Numbered from the stretch's first letter, positions 38,348 to 49,619 are shown. The stretch is DNA of 64,000 nt from Candidatus Dormibacteria bacterium (GCA_049518775.1 JBEKRL010000004.1:4968-68967); one strand, 5' to 3'. Numbers and translations are program-made. The notes: generated by a model not told the origin, from the sequence alone.

Positions 38348-39730
38348 CTACAGCACCGGCCAGCGTGGGCCGGGGTCGATTCCGGTGGACCGGTAGAGCC
38401 GCCCAGCTCGCTCCCGGGCCTGAGCCACCGCTCTCTCCTCGTCGATGGTGAGCAACCGCCCATCCCGGACCAGCCACCTGCCATCGACCATCACCGAGTC
38501 CACGTCAGCCCCGGTGGAGGCGTAGACCAGCGAGGAGACCGGGTTGAGGCCGGGCGCCATGTGGGCGCGCTCACGGTCGACGACCACCAGGTCAGCCTTC
38601 TTGCCCACCTCGAGCGAACCGATCTCGTGCTCCCAGCGCAGCGCCTTGGCTCCATTGATCGTGGCCATCTCCAGCACCGTCTCCGCGGGCACGACGGTGG
38701 GGTCCCGTGAGACCGCCTTGTGAACCAGGGCCGCCAGCTTCATCTCCGCGAGGAGGTCGTAGGTGTTGTTGCTGGGACCTCCGTCGCAGCCGAGGGCCAC
38801 GTTCACCCCGGCTGCCAGCAGCTTGGGGACCGGGCAGACCCCCGAGCCCAGCTTGGAGTTGGAGGAGGGGTTGTGGGACACGCTGGTGCCGGTCTCGGCC
38901 AGGATGCGAATGTCCTGGTCATCGATCCACACCATGTGCACCAGGACCACGTCAGGACCCACCAGGCCCACGCTGCGGGCGAACTCCACGGGAGACATCT
39001 GGTACGTCTGGCGCAGGAACTGGCGGTCCGCCTCGATCTCGGCCAGGTGCATGGTGATCTCCATGCCCCGGCTCCGGGCCTCGGACACCATCTCCCGGTA
39101 GAGCTCGGGAGACACCCCCCCCGGGGTCCGGGGGCCGAAACCGACGTGGATCCGGCCGTCGGCCGCCCCGTCCCAGCGGTCGAACATGTCGAGCGTGGTC
39201 AGCAGGCTCTCCTCGCGGGTCTCGCGCAGCCCCATCGGCATGGCGTTGTCCTGGGTTGCGTAGGTGGCGATGTCCATCACCTTCTTGGTCAGGCAGGCGC
39301 GGATGCCGGTGTCGACGACCACTTGGGCCACTCCGTCGAAGCCGTACCGATGCGCCAGGCCCGACTCCAGAAACGTGGTGGTGCCGGACCTCAACATCTC
39401 GGCGATGCAGAGGCGGGCGCTGACCACGCCATCCTCGTGGTCATAACTGCCCTGCAGCACCCACACCCGCTCGCAGAGCCATTGGACCAGCGCCATGTCG
39501 TCAGCGCAATCGCGGATCATCGCCTGCGCTTCGTGGACGTGGGTGTCGACCAGCCCGGGGATGATCAGCTTGCCGGCGAGGTCGATCTGCTCCTCGTCAG
39601 GATAGGCGCGCAGAACCTCGTCGGCCGGGCCCACCGCCGCGATGCGGTCCGCCCGCGCCACCAGCGCGCCGCGGCGAAAGATCCTGCGCCCGGGATCCAC
39701 CGTGATGATCGTCGCCCCGTTCAAGAGCAT
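38348..39730 (-). CDS. amidohydrolase, SsnA/chlorohydrolase/nucleobase deaminase-like
   Basis: metal-dependent hydrolase motifs (GLVDTHVHEAQ, ..MHLAE.., ..HNPSSN.., GCDGGPSNN); ATG 39730. Confidence 0.75.
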   Translation of the reverse strand: MLLNGATIITVDPGRRIFRRGALVARADRIAAVGPADEVLRAYPDEEQIDLAGKLIIPGLVDTHVHEAQAMIRDCADDMALVQWLCERVWVLQGSYDHEDGVVSARLCIAEMLRSGTTTFLESGLAHRYGFDGVAQVVVDTGIRACLTKKVMDIATYATQDNAMPMGLRETREESLLTTLDMFDRWDGAADGRIHVGFGPRTPGGVSPELYREMVSEARSRGMEITMHLAEIEADRQFLRQTYQMSPVEFARSVGLVGPDVVLVHMVWIDDQDIRILAETGTSVSHNPSSNSKLGSGVCPVPKLLAAGVNVALGCDGGPSNNTYDLLAEMKLAALVHKAVSRDPTVVPAETVLEMATINGAKALRWEHEIGSLEVGKKADLVVVDRERAHMAPGLNPVSSLVYASTGADVDSVMVDGRWLVRDGRLLTIDEERAVAQARERAGRLYRSTGIDPGPRWPVL

Positions 39731-39794
39731 GCCCGACCTCCTGGCCGATTCGACCCGGGCGCGCGGATGGGCCCGGGGACGCCCCTGCCGCTGG

Positions 39795-41165
39795 TCAATC
39801 CATGACCGCCCGGTGCCACAGGGCACCGGCGCGCTCCCGGCTGCGGGCGGCGATCTCCTCCTCGTCGAGGCCGACCAGCTCCCGCCGTCGCATCAGCCAC
39901 CGCCCCGCCACCATCGTGTCGGAGACCTGGCAGCCATCCGCTCCGGCGACGATATGTCCGCCCACGTTGCTGGCGGTGAGCGGCGTGGGCGCCCGGTAAT
40001 CCAGGAGCACCAGGTCCGCTGGTCCTCCCACCCGCAGCTGCCCCAGCGGCCCCAGTTGGGGGACGAAGGGAGCGAAGAGCGAGTCGCAGATCCGCCCGCC
40101 GCCGGAGAAGGCGAGCGCCACCACCTCATCCGGCGGCAGCAGCCGGGGATCCCGGCCGGTCAGCCGGGCCTGTGACTGAGCGGCGCGCATCTCCTCGAAC
40201 ATGTTCATGCTGACGCCGTCGGTGCCCAGCCCGATCGTCACCCCGGCCTGGCGGAGCGCGGTGATGGGGGCGCTGCCCACCGCGTTGCCCATGTTGGAGC
40301 GGGGGTTGTGCGCGACCGCCACCCCGGCCTGGGCCAGCTCGGCGATCTCGCGGCCGTCGACGTGGACGCAGTGGGCGGCGAGCGACCCGGGGCCCAGCAC
40401 GCCGTGGGCTACCAGGTGCGGTACGACGCGACTGGCGAAGCGACGCTGACAGTCCTCCTGATCGACCGGGCCCTCGGCGACATGCACGTGGCAGCCCACC
40501 CCCTGCGCCGCGCCCAGGTCAGCGCAGGCGGACAGGGTCGCGGGGCTCAGGGTGAATGAGGCATGCAGCCCCACGGCCGCGGCCAGGCGGCCCCCCGGAG
40601 CGGCGGTTGGGGAGCGCAGGGAACTAATGAAACGCGCGTTCTCACGGATCCCCGCCTCGGTGTCGGCCGTGCCGTTGCGCTCCGACACCTCGTAGGCGAG
40701 GCACGCGCGCAGCCCCGAGGCCTCCACCGCGGTGGCGATCACGTCCAGGCTGCCGTCCACGCAGGATGGGCTGGCATGGTGGTCGACCAGGGTGGTGACG
40801 CCGTGCCGAATCGCGTCGACCAGACTCACCTCGGCGCTGGAGGCGATGTCCGCCGGGGTGAGGAGGCGGTCCAAGCGCCACCACAGCCCTTCCAGGATCT
40901 CCTGGAAATCCCGCGGCGGGTCCCCGGGAAGGGCCATGCCGCGGGCGAACGCGGAGTACAGATGGGTGTGCGTGCAGAGCATCCCCGGCAGGCACAGGCC
41001 GCCCTCCGCATCCACCAGCTCGGCCTCCGGATGTTCGGCCGTCAGTGAGCTCGAACCGATGGCCCCGATCCGGCCATCCGCCACCAGGATCGCCCCGGTC
41101 TCCACCAGGGGGGCGCGCTCGTCCATGGTCACCACGGTGGCATTGGCGATGCAGATCGGCTTCAC
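39795..41165 (-). CDS. amidohydrolase, SsnA/TRZ-ATZ-like (second paralog)
   Basis: GMLCTHTHLYS, VHVAE, HNPRSN, GTDGVSMN motifs; GTG 41165 inferred (ORF open to 41447 is Pro/Gly-rich). Confidence 0.75.
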   Translation of the reverse strand: MKPICIANATVVTMDERAPLVETGAILVADGRIGAIGSSSLTAEHPEAELVDAEGGLCLPGMLCTHTHLYSAFARGMALPGDPPRDFQEILEGLWWRLDRLLTPADIASSAEVSLVDAIRHGVTTLVDHHASPSCVDGSLDVIATAVEASGLRACLAYEVSERNGTADTEAGIRENARFISSLRSPTAAPGGRLAAAVGLHASFTLSPATLSACADLGAAQGVGCHVHVAEGPVDQEDCQRRFASRVVPHLVAHGVLGPGSLAAHCVHVDGREIAELAQAGVAVAHNPRSNMGNAVGSAPITALRQAGVTIGLGTDGVSMNMFEEMRAAQSQARLTGRDPRLLPPDEVVALAFSGGGRICDSLFAPFVPQLGPLGQLRVGGPADLVLLDYRAPTPLTASNVGGHIVAGADGCQVSDTMVAGRWLMRRRELVGLDEEEIAARSRERAGALWHRAVMD

Positions 41166-41391
41166 CGCGGCCCCCTGGGGATCGTGACCGGAGATCGCAG
41201 GGGTGGCGGAGGAGCGGGCCAGCGGGTGTCGACCTGGTCGCAGGAAGATGCGGCAGACCGCGCCGGCCGCCCCTCCCCCTCCCGGCTGGAAGCGGTTGGC
41301 GCTGCCCTTGTCCAGGCTGCAGCGGGCGGCGCCCCGCGATGGAGCCGGACGGGCTCCACCGCCTCCTGGCGGCGTATGTCGCGGTCCGAAC

Positions 41392-42444
41392 TCATGGCGC
41401 CGGGTTCGCCTGACCGCCGGCCCCGGAACCGGGGGTGACACCCTCAAGGCCGCCGGCGAAGAGGTCGATCATGGCCCGAACGTCCGGACCCAGCGGGTAC
41501 AGCACCGGGCAGGTGCAGCCGCTGGCGACGTACTCGGCAACCTTGGCCCGGCACTCGTCGGGCGTCCCGGAGGCGCTGAGCATCTGCACCACGTCATCGG
41601 GCACCAGGTGGGCGGCCTCCACCACCTCCGCATGGGTGGCCGGCCAGTGCAGCACCGCGGCGATGCGGTCGAGCAGGTCCTGGGGTACGCCCGACGCCTT
41701 CATGAGATGGGGCTGCTGGCCCAGGTACTGGGTGATCAGCAGGCGCGCCGCATCCAGCGCCACCCGGCGGTCCCGGTCCAAGGAGCAGATGACCAGCTGG
41801 GGACGGTCGACGTCCACGACCCCGCGGCCGGCCCGCGCCGCCCCTTGTTGCAACTGCTCCAGCGCCTGGCGGGTGTAGCCGGGTGACACCAGATAGTTGA
41901 GCAGGACCCCATCAGCTATCTCCCCCGCCAGCTCCATCATCCGCGGCCCGGTGGCGCCGATGTAGATCGGTACCGCCTTGGGTCGCCGCTCCTGATGCAC
42001 GTAGTCCAGCTCCACCGCGTCGAGGTGGACGAACTCTCCCTGGAAGGTCACCGACCCGCCCGCCAGCAGAGCTCGGACCGTGGTCACCGTCTCTCTCATG
42101 GCGACCACCGGCCGGGAGCGCTGGATGCCGACGCGGCTGGCCAGGGGGTCCCACCAGTCACCGATCCCGAGCATGACCCGACCCGGCGCCAGGTCGTCCA
42201 GGGTGGAGAAGGTGGAAGCCAGCAGCGCGGTGTTGCGCGTCCACCGGTTGACCACGCCGCTGCCCACCAGGATCCGCTCGGTCGCGGTGAGGAACGCGGC
42301 CATGGGTACCGTCGCCTCCCGGGCCAGCCGGCTCTCGGCCTGCCATACCGCGGAGAAGCCATTGGCTTCGGCGTACTGGGCCAGGGTGATCCCCTGGCGC
42401 ACGGAGTGGGCGTCCTGAAGGTAGAGGGCGACGGGGACGGTCAC
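41392..42444 (-). CDS. LLM class (luciferase-like) flavin/F420-dependent oxidoreductase
   Basis: typical LLM N-terminus [20 protein letters not shown] and TIM-barrel length. Confidence 0.7.
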   Translation of the reverse strand: MTVPVALYLQDAHSVRQGITLAQYAEANGFSAVWQAESRLAREATVPMAAFLTATERILVGSGVVNRWTRNTALLASTFSTLDDLAPGRVMLGIGDWWDPLASRVGIQRSRPVVAMRETVTTVRALLAGGSVTFQGEFVHLDAVELDYVHQERRPKAVPIYIGATGPRMMELAGEIADGVLLNYLVSPGYTRQALEQLQQGAARAGRGVVDVDRPQLVICSLDRDRRVALDAARLLITQYLGQQPHLMKASGVPQDLLDRIAAVLHWPATHAEVVEAAHLVPDDVVQMLSASGTPDECRAKVAEYVASGCTCPVLYPLGPDVRAMIDLFAGGLEGVTPGSGAGGQANPAP

Positions 42445-42633
42445 GACCGCTTCCCCCTACGCGGGCGCTGGCCCGGCCGGCGGCGGCCGCCGAGTGGCTC
42501 TGGGGATCCGTGGTGGTGCCCGCCGGCACCACCGAGAGATTGGGTGTCTGATCTCATGAAATGCACCTTCTTGGGACGCGCCGACGGTTCCGGTCGCCAA
42601 TTGTGCGGATGGGTCGCACCGTCCTTGCTTCTC

Positions 42634-43779
42634 CTAGTTCCCCGGGCTGTCTCCGACCACCGCCCGGTAGCCGGCCGGATCGGTGGCCCCCTCGGTGTTC
42701 ACGATCAGCACCCGCGCCTTCCGGCCCAGGCCCAGCGCCAGGCGGGCCTGCCGCTGCTCTGCCAGAGCCAGCAGTCCCGCCACGCCCGCGGCGCCTGACT
42801 CCCCGGATTCGACGCCGGCGGCCGCCAGATCGCGCATCGCCTTCCGGGCCCACTCATCATCGATGGCGCAGAAGACGGTGGCGAGCGCCTGGACGTAGGG
42901 CCAGGCCACCAGGGACGGTGTTCCGCAGTTCAAACCGGCCATGATCGAGTCCTGGGTGGCATCGACACTGGTGCGCCGGCCCGCGCGTGCCGAGGCCAGG
43001 CAGCAGGCGGCGGTCAGGGGCTCGACGACGGCCATTCGAGGCGGCCGGGGGACGCTCAGGTAGTACCTGGCGGCCGCCCCGGCCAGGGCCCCGACGCCCG
43101 CCTGGATCAGCACCACGTCCACCGGTCCGGGAAGCTGGTCGGCGCACTCCGCAAAGATGGTCTGGTAGCCATCCATGACCCAGCCGGGGACGGTCACGTC
43201 CGTCCCGATGGCCACGTCGACCACCAGCAGCCATCCCTGGCTCGCGGCGGCGGCGGTGGCGGCCTCCACCGCCTGGTCGAAGGTGCCCGGTTCCACCCGC
43301 ACCAGCGCGCCCTCGCCCTCGAGGGCCTCGATCCGGGCGGGTACGGTCTCGTCGGGGACATACACGACCGCGTTCAGGCCGAGCTCGCGAGCCATGTGAG
43401 CCACGCCTCGGCCGTGGTTGCCGTCGGTGGCGGTGACCAGGGTGAGGTCGCCCATGCCGGCGGCCGCCGCCTGCAGCTGGGCCCAGCCCGATCCGGCGAA
43501 GGGCAGGCCCGCTCGTCCCAGGATCAACCGGTTGACGGCCCAGGAGCCACCCAGGATCTTGAAGGAGGGGAGGCCGAGGCGCTCGCTCTCGTCCTTGATC
43601 CAGAGCTCGCCAACTCCGAGCTCCTCCGCAAGCTTGGGGAGGAGGTGCACGGGCGTGGGCGCGTAGCCCGGGATGGTGCGGTGGAAGGGCCTCGGATCCT
43701 GGACACCCTCGACGGGCTCGCTCGGACGCGGTCCCGCGTCCAGCACCAGCACCTCCGGGGGGGTGGCCGCAGGACTCAT
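42634..43779 (-). CDS. 2,3-diaminopropionate ammonia-lyase (YgeX/DpaL-like, PLP fold II)
   Basis: FKILGGSWA, TATDGNHGRGVA and IVNTEGATDP motifs, closely resembling E. coli YgeX. Confidence 0.75.
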   Translation of the reverse strand: MSPAATPPEVLVLDAGPRPSEPVEGVQDPRPFHRTIPGYAPTPVHLLPKLAEELGVGELWIKDESERLGLPSFKILGGSWAVNRLILGRAGLPFAGSGWAQLQAAAAGMGDLTLVTATDGNHGRGVAHMARELGLNAVVYVPDETVPARIEALEGEGALVRVEPGTFDQAVEAATAAAASQGWLLVVDVAIGTDVTVPGWVMDGYQTIFAECADQLPGPVDVVLIQAGVGALAGAAARYYLSVPRPPRMAVVEPLTAACCLASARAGRRTSVDATQDSIMAGLNCGTPSLVAWPYVQALATVFCAIDDEWARKAMRDLAAAGVESGESGAAGVAGLLALAEQRQARLALGLGRKARVLIVNTEGATDPAGYRAVVGDSPGN

Positions 43780-43996
43780 GCGCGCGCGCTCCCCGGCTCC
43801 ACCTGAAGCGGAGCCTCCTCAGCCTGCCCAGCCTCCGGGCTCACCGGCCGGCCGCCCCCGCCACCCTTCGTCCCTCCCCCGGAGCGCTGGGCCGCTCGCG
43901 TAGGTCCGGTGGGCGCGCCGAGAAGCCATGCCCTGTCCAGGCCACCGGATCAAGATGGCCGTCCGCACCCACTGCCGCGGCTGTCAACCGCACCCG

Positions 43997-46966
43997 CTAC
44001 CCGTCCTCGCCGGCGGGCGCCGCGGCCGCGCTCTGGAGCGCAGCCCACACCCGCGGTGGGGTGAGCGGGATCTGGCGGATGCGGACGCCAGTGGCATCAG
44101 CCACCGCATTCGCCACCGCCGGGGCCACCCCGTCCAACGGGATCTCGGCGACCGCCTTGGCCCCGTAGGGACCGAAGGGGTCATGGGTCTCGACCAGATA
44201 GGTATCCATCGAGGGCATGTCCTGGGCGCCGAAGATCCGGTACTCGGCCAGATCGGTGGTCAGCAGTCGGCCGGCGCCGTCGTAGAGCATCTCCTCGCTG
44301 ACGGCGTAGCCGAGCGCCTGGGTGACGCCGCCGTCCACTTGGCCCTCGGCGGTGGCCGGGTTGATGGCGCGCCCGCAGTCGACCGCGGACACCACCCGCA
44401 GGACCGTCACCGCCCCGGTCTCGGTGTCGACCTCGACCTCAACGAACTGGGCCGCGAACGGCGGCGGCGAGTTGTTGCTCATGTAGGAGGCGGTGGCCAT
44501 GATCTGATGCTGGTCCTCGACGTGCAGGGAGTGCAGCGCGACCTCTGAGACACTGACCCCCGGCCCTTCCGGGCTGCTCACGATCCGGTTGGCGCACTGC
44601 AGCCGGTCCGGGGCAGTGCCGAGCATGGCGCCGGCCACCGCGAGGATCTGCGTCCGCGCCCGTTCCGCCGCCAGCTTCACCGCTCCGCCGGAGATGTAGG
44701 TGGTGCTGGAGGCGTAGGCCCCGGTGTCGAAGGGGGTGAAGTCGGTGTCGGAGGAATGGATGATGATGTCCTCGAGCGGGACCCCGAGAACCTCGGCGGC
44801 GATCTGGGCCAGCACCGTGTCGGATCCGGTGCCGAGATCGGTCGCCCCCACCAGCAGGTTGAAGGACCCGTCGTCGTTGAGCTTGATGCTGGCGGCACCC
44901 ATGTCCAGGCCGGCGATGGCGGTCCCGTGCATGGCGATCGCCATGCCGATCCCGCGTCGGAGGGGCCCGCGATCGGCTCCCTTCCGCCTGCGCTCCCAGC
45001 CGATCGCCGCCGCCCCCTTCTCCATGCAGTCCACCAGCCCACAGCTCTCGATGATCTGAGGCAGGCCCTCCTTGCCCTCGCCGAGCGCCTCCGCCAGGAT
45101 GTTCTGGTCCCCCACGCGCACGCAGTTCTGGAGGCGCAGGACCAGCGGATCCATTCCCAGGCGGCGCGCCACCTCATCGATCTGGCTCTCCAGGGCGAAG
45201 AAACCCTGGGGCGCGCCGTAGCCCCGAAAAGCACCGGCGGGGGGAAGGTTGGTGTACACGACGTCGGCCACGAAGCGCACGTTGGGGACTCGGTAGATGG
45301 GAAGCGACTTGGAGCCGGTGTTGCCCTGCACGGTGAGGGCGTGAGTCCCGTAGGCGCCGGTGTTGCCGAGGACGTACATGTCGTTGGCCACGATGGTGCC
45401 GTCGCGGTTGGCCCCGGTGCGCAGGCGGATGCGCTGCGGGTGGCGCGAGCGGCTGCTGCGGAACTCCTCAGCCCTGGTGTACTCGAGCCGCACCGGCCGG
45501 TTGGTCGCCATGGTCAGGTGGGCGCAGATGTCCTCGATCAGCACCTCCTGCTTGACCCCGAAGCCACCGCCGATCCGTGGCTTGATGACCCTGATCCGCC
45601 GCGGTGGCAGGCCGATCACGGGCGCGATGATGCGGCGGACGTGGTAGGGCACCTGGGTGCTGGTGCGCACCACCATGCGCTCATCCTCATCCCAGTAGGT
45701 GATGACGATGTGATTCTCCAGGGGAGTCTGCTGTACCTGGGGCACCAGGTACTCCGCCTCGACCACCAGGTCGGCCTCCGCCAGCGCCTTCTCCACATCC
45801 CCCACCTCGGCCTCGATGCGGGCGGCGAGGTTCCGGTCTCGGTCCTCGATGTGATAGGCCTCCGGCTCGGGATGGATGCAGGGCGCCCCGGGCCGCATCG
45901 CCTCTTGCGGATCCAGGACTGCGGGCAGGATCTCGTAGTCCACCTCTATCAGCTGGAGCGCCCGCTCGGCGATCTCCTCGGTGTCGGCGGCGACCGCGGC
46001 GACGCGATCTCCGACGAACCGGACCACCGAGTCCAGGCTGAACTGGTCATGAGGGCCCGGTTCGGGCCAGGACTGGCCCGCAGAGGTGTACACGACGCGG
46101 GGCAGGTCCGCGTAGGTGAGCACGGCGTGGACGCCGGGCAGGCCCCGGGCGGCGCTGACGTCGATTCGGCGCAGGCGCGCGTGGGCATGGGGGCTGGTCA
46201 ACAGCTTGGCGTGGAGCAGGCCCCGGAGCTCGACGTCGTCCACGAAGCTGGGACTGCCCGCGGTCAGCTTGGGGGCGTCGACCTTGCGCTCGCGCTTTCC
46301 CACCACCTGCAGCTGCTCGGCCGGACGGGCCGGGGGCGCGCCCGACTCCGGCTGCCGGTTGCGGCCCTGTCGGTCGCCCGGCCCGGTGGAGCCGTCATCC
46401 CCGTCATCCCCGCCGTCCGGCTGCCGCGGATCGGCGATACGGGGAGCCCACGGGTGCCCCGCATCCAGTGGCCTGAGGGCACCTGGCGGCCCCGCGCCGG
46501 GAGCATCTCCCCGCATCACCGCCGCCGCCTGGAGAATCGCCTCAACCGGCTTGAGGTAGCCGGTGCACCGGCAGAGGTTGCCTGACAGGGCGTCCCGGAC
46601 CTCGGCCTCGGAGGGGTTGGGCTCGCGGTCCAGCAGGGCCTTGGCCCCGAGGACCATCCCGGGGATGCAGAAGCCGCACTGCACCGAGCCGTTGTCCACC
46701 AGAGCTTGCTGGATCGGGGTCAGCCCCGTGGACCGTCCCAGGCCCTCGACCGTGGTCAACCGGCGCCCCTGGGCCTGGGCCGCCAGCATGACGCAGGTCA
46801 CGCGCGGCACCCCGTCGACGAGGACGGTGCACACACCGCACTCCCCGGTCTCGCATCCGTGCTTGACACTGAAGACGCCGGCGGAGCGCAGAGCCTTTAG
46901 CAGGGAGGTGTTGGGGGCGACCTCGAGCTCCAGGGAGCTGCCATTGAGCTCGCAGCGGAGCTTCAT
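43997..46966 (-). CDS. molybdenum hydroxylase, fused [2Fe-2S] + molybdopterin-binding subunit (XdhD-like)
   Basis: N-terminal ferredoxin CGFCIPGMVL...GNLCRCTGY followed by aldehyde-oxidase/xanthine-dehydrogenase a/b hammerhead and MoCo-binding domains (989 aa); ATG overlaps FAD subunit stop. Confidence 0.85.
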   Translation of the reverse strand: MKLRCELNGSSLELEVAPNTSLLKALRSAGVFSVKHGCETGECGVCTVLVDGVPRVTCVMLAAQAQGRRLTTVEGLGRSTGLTPIQQALVDNGSVQCGFCIPGMVLGAKALLDREPNPSEAEVRDALSGNLCRCTGYLKPVEAILQAAAVMRGDAPGAGPPGALRPLDAGHPWAPRIADPRQPDGGDDGDDGSTGPGDRQGRNRQPESGAPPARPAEQLQVVGKRERKVDAPKLTAGSPSFVDDVELRGLLHAKLLTSPHAHARLRRIDVSAARGLPGVHAVLTYADLPRVVYTSAGQSWPEPGPHDQFSLDSVVRFVGDRVAAVAADTEEIAERALQLIEVDYEILPAVLDPQEAMRPGAPCIHPEPEAYHIEDRDRNLAARIEAEVGDVEKALAEADLVVEAEYLVPQVQQTPLENHIVITYWDEDERMVVRTSTQVPYHVRRIIAPVIGLPPRRIRVIKPRIGGGFGVKQEVLIEDICAHLTMATNRPVRLEYTRAEEFRSSRSRHPQRIRLRTGANRDGTIVANDMYVLGNTGAYGTHALTVQGNTGSKSLPIYRVPNVRFVADVVYTNLPPAGAFRGYGAPQGFFALESQIDEVARRLGMDPLVLRLQNCVRVGDQNILAEALGEGKEGLPQIIESCGLVDCMEKGAAAIGWERRRKGADRGPLRRGIGMAIAMHGTAIAGLDMGAASIKLNDDGSFNLLVGATDLGTGSDTVLAQIAAEVLGVPLEDIIIHSSDTDFTPFDTGAYASSTTYISGGAVKLAAERARTQILAVAGAMLGTAPDRLQCANRIVSSPEGPGVSVSEVALHSLHVEDQHQIMATASYMSNNSPPPFAAQFVEVEVDTETGAVTVLRVVSAVDCGRAINPATAEGQVDGGVTQALGYAVSEEMLYDGAGRLLTTDLAEYRIFGAQDMPSMDTYLVETHDPFGPYGAKAVAEIPLDGVAPAVANAVADATGVRIRQIPLTPPRVWAALQSAAAAPAGEDG

Positions 46967-47901
46967 CCGGCGGCCCCGCGGGAGGGGTCCGCGCGGTCGG
47001 TGGCGGCGCGTTGGGCGGCTTGGCGGATGGCCCGCCGCAGGAGCACGCGGCTCACCGCCCCCCGGTAGCGCCTCGAGGCCCGGAAGTCGTCGCCAGGCAG
47101 CACCGCCTCAAGGCCCCGGTCCAGCGCCCGGTCCACCGCGGCGGCGGCGAGGTCGGTCCCGCGCAGCTCCGCCTCTACCCCCGCAAGCCGGACCGGTGCC
47201 CATCCGGCCCCGCCCAGCGCCAGCCGCACGACACAGCCACCGCCGGCGCAGGGCTCCACCACGGCCACCGCGTGGAGCAGCGCCGGGTCGCTGGCTGTGC
47301 GCGCCACCCGCAGGAAGGAGGCCCCGCGCCCGGGTCCGACGGCGGACCCCGACGGGGCTCGGCCGGTGACCAGGCCGGTTTGATCCGGATGGGGGACCTG
47401 GACCTGGAGGAGGATGCCCGGCGTCGGGAGCCCGTCCCTGCAGTCCGCCATTGCCAGCTCGTGCTCCCGGCCTTCCAGGCCCATAACTCTCACCCTGGCC
47501 TCAAGCGCCAGCAGCACCACCGCCAGGTCGGCTCGGGAGGCGCTCCCCAGCGCCAAGGTCCCCCCGAGGGTGGCGGCGTTGCGCAGCATTCGGGTGGCGG
47601 AGCTCTGCGCGGCGGCCGCGATCACCCCCCACCACAGGGCCCGGCTGGTGCGGTCCTCGGCCAGAGCCTGCAGGGTCGTCGTGGCCCCGATCACCAGGCC
47701 GTCGGGGTCGAAGCGGATGAAGTCGAGGCCGAGGCCGCCGAGGTCCACGACGGCCTCCACTCCGGCGGCCGGGCCGCCGCTGAGAGCCGTGGCACCGCCG
47801 AGTGGCACCGTGCGAGGCCGCACCCGAGACAGGAGCCTCAGGGCCTGCGCCATCTGGATGGGGCGGTCGTACTCGAGCAGGTCGGCGAGCATCCGCTCCA
47901 C
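46963..47901 (-). CDS. molybdenum hydroxylase FAD-binding subunit (CoxM/YgfM-like)
   Basis: FAD-binding-5 domain pattern (PLGGATAL...NAATLGGTLA); overlaps both neighbours by 1-4 nt. Confidence 0.75.
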   Translation of the reverse strand: MERMLADLLEYDRPIQMAQALRLLSRVRPRTVPLGGATALSGGPAAGVEAVVDLGGLGLDFIRFDPDGLVIGATTTLQALAEDRTSRALWWGVIAAAAQSSATRMLRNAATLGGTLALGSASRADLAVVLLALEARVRVMGLEGREHELAMADCRDGLPTPGILLQVQVPHPDQTGLVTGRAPSGSAVGPGRGASFLRVARTASDPALLHAVAVVEPCAGGGCVVRLALGGAGWAPVRLAGVEAELRGTDLAAAAVDRALDRGLEAVLPGDDFRASRRYRGAVSRVLLRRAIRQAAQRAATDRADPSRGAAG

Positions 47902-49619
47902 TATGCCTGAATCGGGATCAGGCGGCCGGCCTCAACGTCGACCAGCCCCTGGTCGGTCAACTTCAACGCCGGGATCACCGACAGGCAGAGGAAGCTGAGG
48001 GTCGAGCAAGGGTGCGCCAGCCGGCAGCCCAGCGCCGCGGCGGCCTGATCCAGCGCCCCCAGCTGGGCCACGAGCACCGCCGCCGGGGCGTTCGACACCA
48101 GGCCCGCGACGGGCAGGGGGACGGTGGCCAGCACCCGGCCGCCGGCCGCCACCGCGAAGCCGCCCTTGGCCTGGATCACCGCCTCCATGGCCAGCAGCAT
48201 GTCGGCGTCGTCGACCCCCACCGCCAGCAGGTTGTGGGCGTCGTGGGCCACCGTGGAGGCGATCGCCCCCTGGCGCAGGCCCATCCCCCGTACCAGGCCC
48301 AGGCCCGCACGCCCGCTCCCGTGGTGGCGATCCACCACGATCATCTTGCAGAGGTCGCGCGCCGGGTCGGCCACCACCTGGCCGTCGCACCAGGGGGCCT
48401 CCTCGGTGAGGTGCCGGGTGGTGACCGTCCCGTCCTCCACCCCGATGACGGCGGCCGGCCCGGGCCGGCCCCGGATCATCAGCATCTCGGCCGTGAGCGG
48501 CGCCACCCGCAGCCCCTGCCAGGTCGGAGGCGGATCGCTGGCGGGGACAGCGAAGAGCGGCCGGCCCTGGTCCGCCACCAGGACCCCATCCTTGTAGACG
48601 GACTGGACCTGGAAGCGCTCCAGGTCCTCCACCACCACCAGGTCCGCCACGTACCCGGGTGCCACCACCCCGCGATCCCGGAGCCCGAAATACTGGGCGG
48701 TGTTCAGGGTCGCCATCCGCACCGCCTCGATGGGATCGAGCCCGGCCGCGATCGCCTCCCGCACCACTGAGTCGATGTGGCCCCGGGTCATGAGGTCAAC
48801 GGGGTCGCGATCGTCGGTGGCGAACAGGGCCCGGGGCGGATGCAGCTCCTGGATGACCGGCAACAGGGCGTGGAGGTTGCGGGTGGCGGATCCCTCGCGC
48901 ACCATCAGCCACATCCCCAGACGCAAGCGCTCCCGGGCCTCCTCCGGGGTAGTGCACTCGTGGTCGGACATGGGGCCGGCGGTCGCATAGGCGCAGAGGT
49001 CACGGCCGCTGAGTCCCGGCGCATGCCCATCGACCACTCCCCCCTGCGCGCGCACCGCCTCAATCTTGGCGAGCACGTCGGAATCGCCCGCCAGCACCCC
49101 GGAAATGTCCATCATCTCGGCCAAGCCGAGTACCTTGGGGTGCTCCAGGAGCGGCACCAGGTCCGCCGCACTGAGTGGTCTTAGCGGGGTCTCGAAGGGC
49201 GAGGCCGGCACGCAGGACGAGAGCATCACGTAGGTGGAGAGGGGCACGTCGCGGCCCGAATCGAGCACGTAGCGGATCCCGTCGATGCCCAGGACGTTGG
49301 CGAATTCGTGAGGATCCAGGACGACCGTGGTGGTCCCGTGGGGCACCACCATCTGGGCGAACTCGGCCAGCACCATCATCGTGCTCTCCAGATGCATGTG
49401 CGCGTCGATCAGCCCGGGTACCAGGAAGCGTCCCTCCAGCTCGACCTCGCGGATCGCCCGGTAGCCCGGTCCCAGTGCCACCACCCGGCCCTCGGCCACC
49501 ACCACATCGGTGGGCTCGACTCTCCCAGTACACACGTTGACCAGGTTGGCGCCTCGCAACAAGAGATCGGCGGGTTCGTGTCCGCGGGCGACCGCAATGC
49601 GATGACCGAGACCCATCAT
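47901..49619 (-). CDS. ade: adenine deaminase
   Basis: GLIDAHMHLESTM metal site, ~570 aa two-domain architecture. Confidence 0.85.
   Translation of the reverse strand: MMGLGHRIAVARGHEPADLLLRGANLVNVCTGRVEPTDVVVAEGRVVALGPGYRAIREVELEGRFLVPGLIDAHMHLESTMMVLAEFAQMVVPHGTTTVVLDPHEFANVLGIDGIRYVLDSGRDVPLSTYVMLSSCVPASPFETPLRPLSAADLVPLLEHPKVLGLAEMMDISGVLAGDSDVLAKIEAVRAQGGVVDGHAPGLSGRDLCAYATAGPMSDHECTTPEEARERLRLGMWLMVREGSATRNLHALLPVIQELHPPRALFATDDRDPVDLMTRGHIDSVVREAIAAGLDPIEAVRMATLNTAQYFGLRDRGVVAPGYVADLVVVEDLERFQVQSVYKDGVLVADQGRPLFAVPASDPPPTWQGLRVAPLTAEMLMIRGRPGPAAVIGVEDGTVTTRHLTEEAPWCDGQVVADPARDLCKMIVVDRHHGSGRAGLGLVRGMGLRQGAIASTVAHDAHNLLAVGVDDADMLLAMEAVIQAKGGFAVAAGGRVLATVPLPVAGLVSNAPAAVLVAQLGALDQAAAALGCRLAHPCSTLSFLCLSVIPALKLTDQGLVDVEAGRLIPIQA

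Noticed and set aside
44756-46585. 609-aa plus-strand ORF inside the fused Mo-hydroxylase gene
   Set aside because: Shadow ORF in high-GC DNA; opposite strand encodes conserved XDH-family domains.
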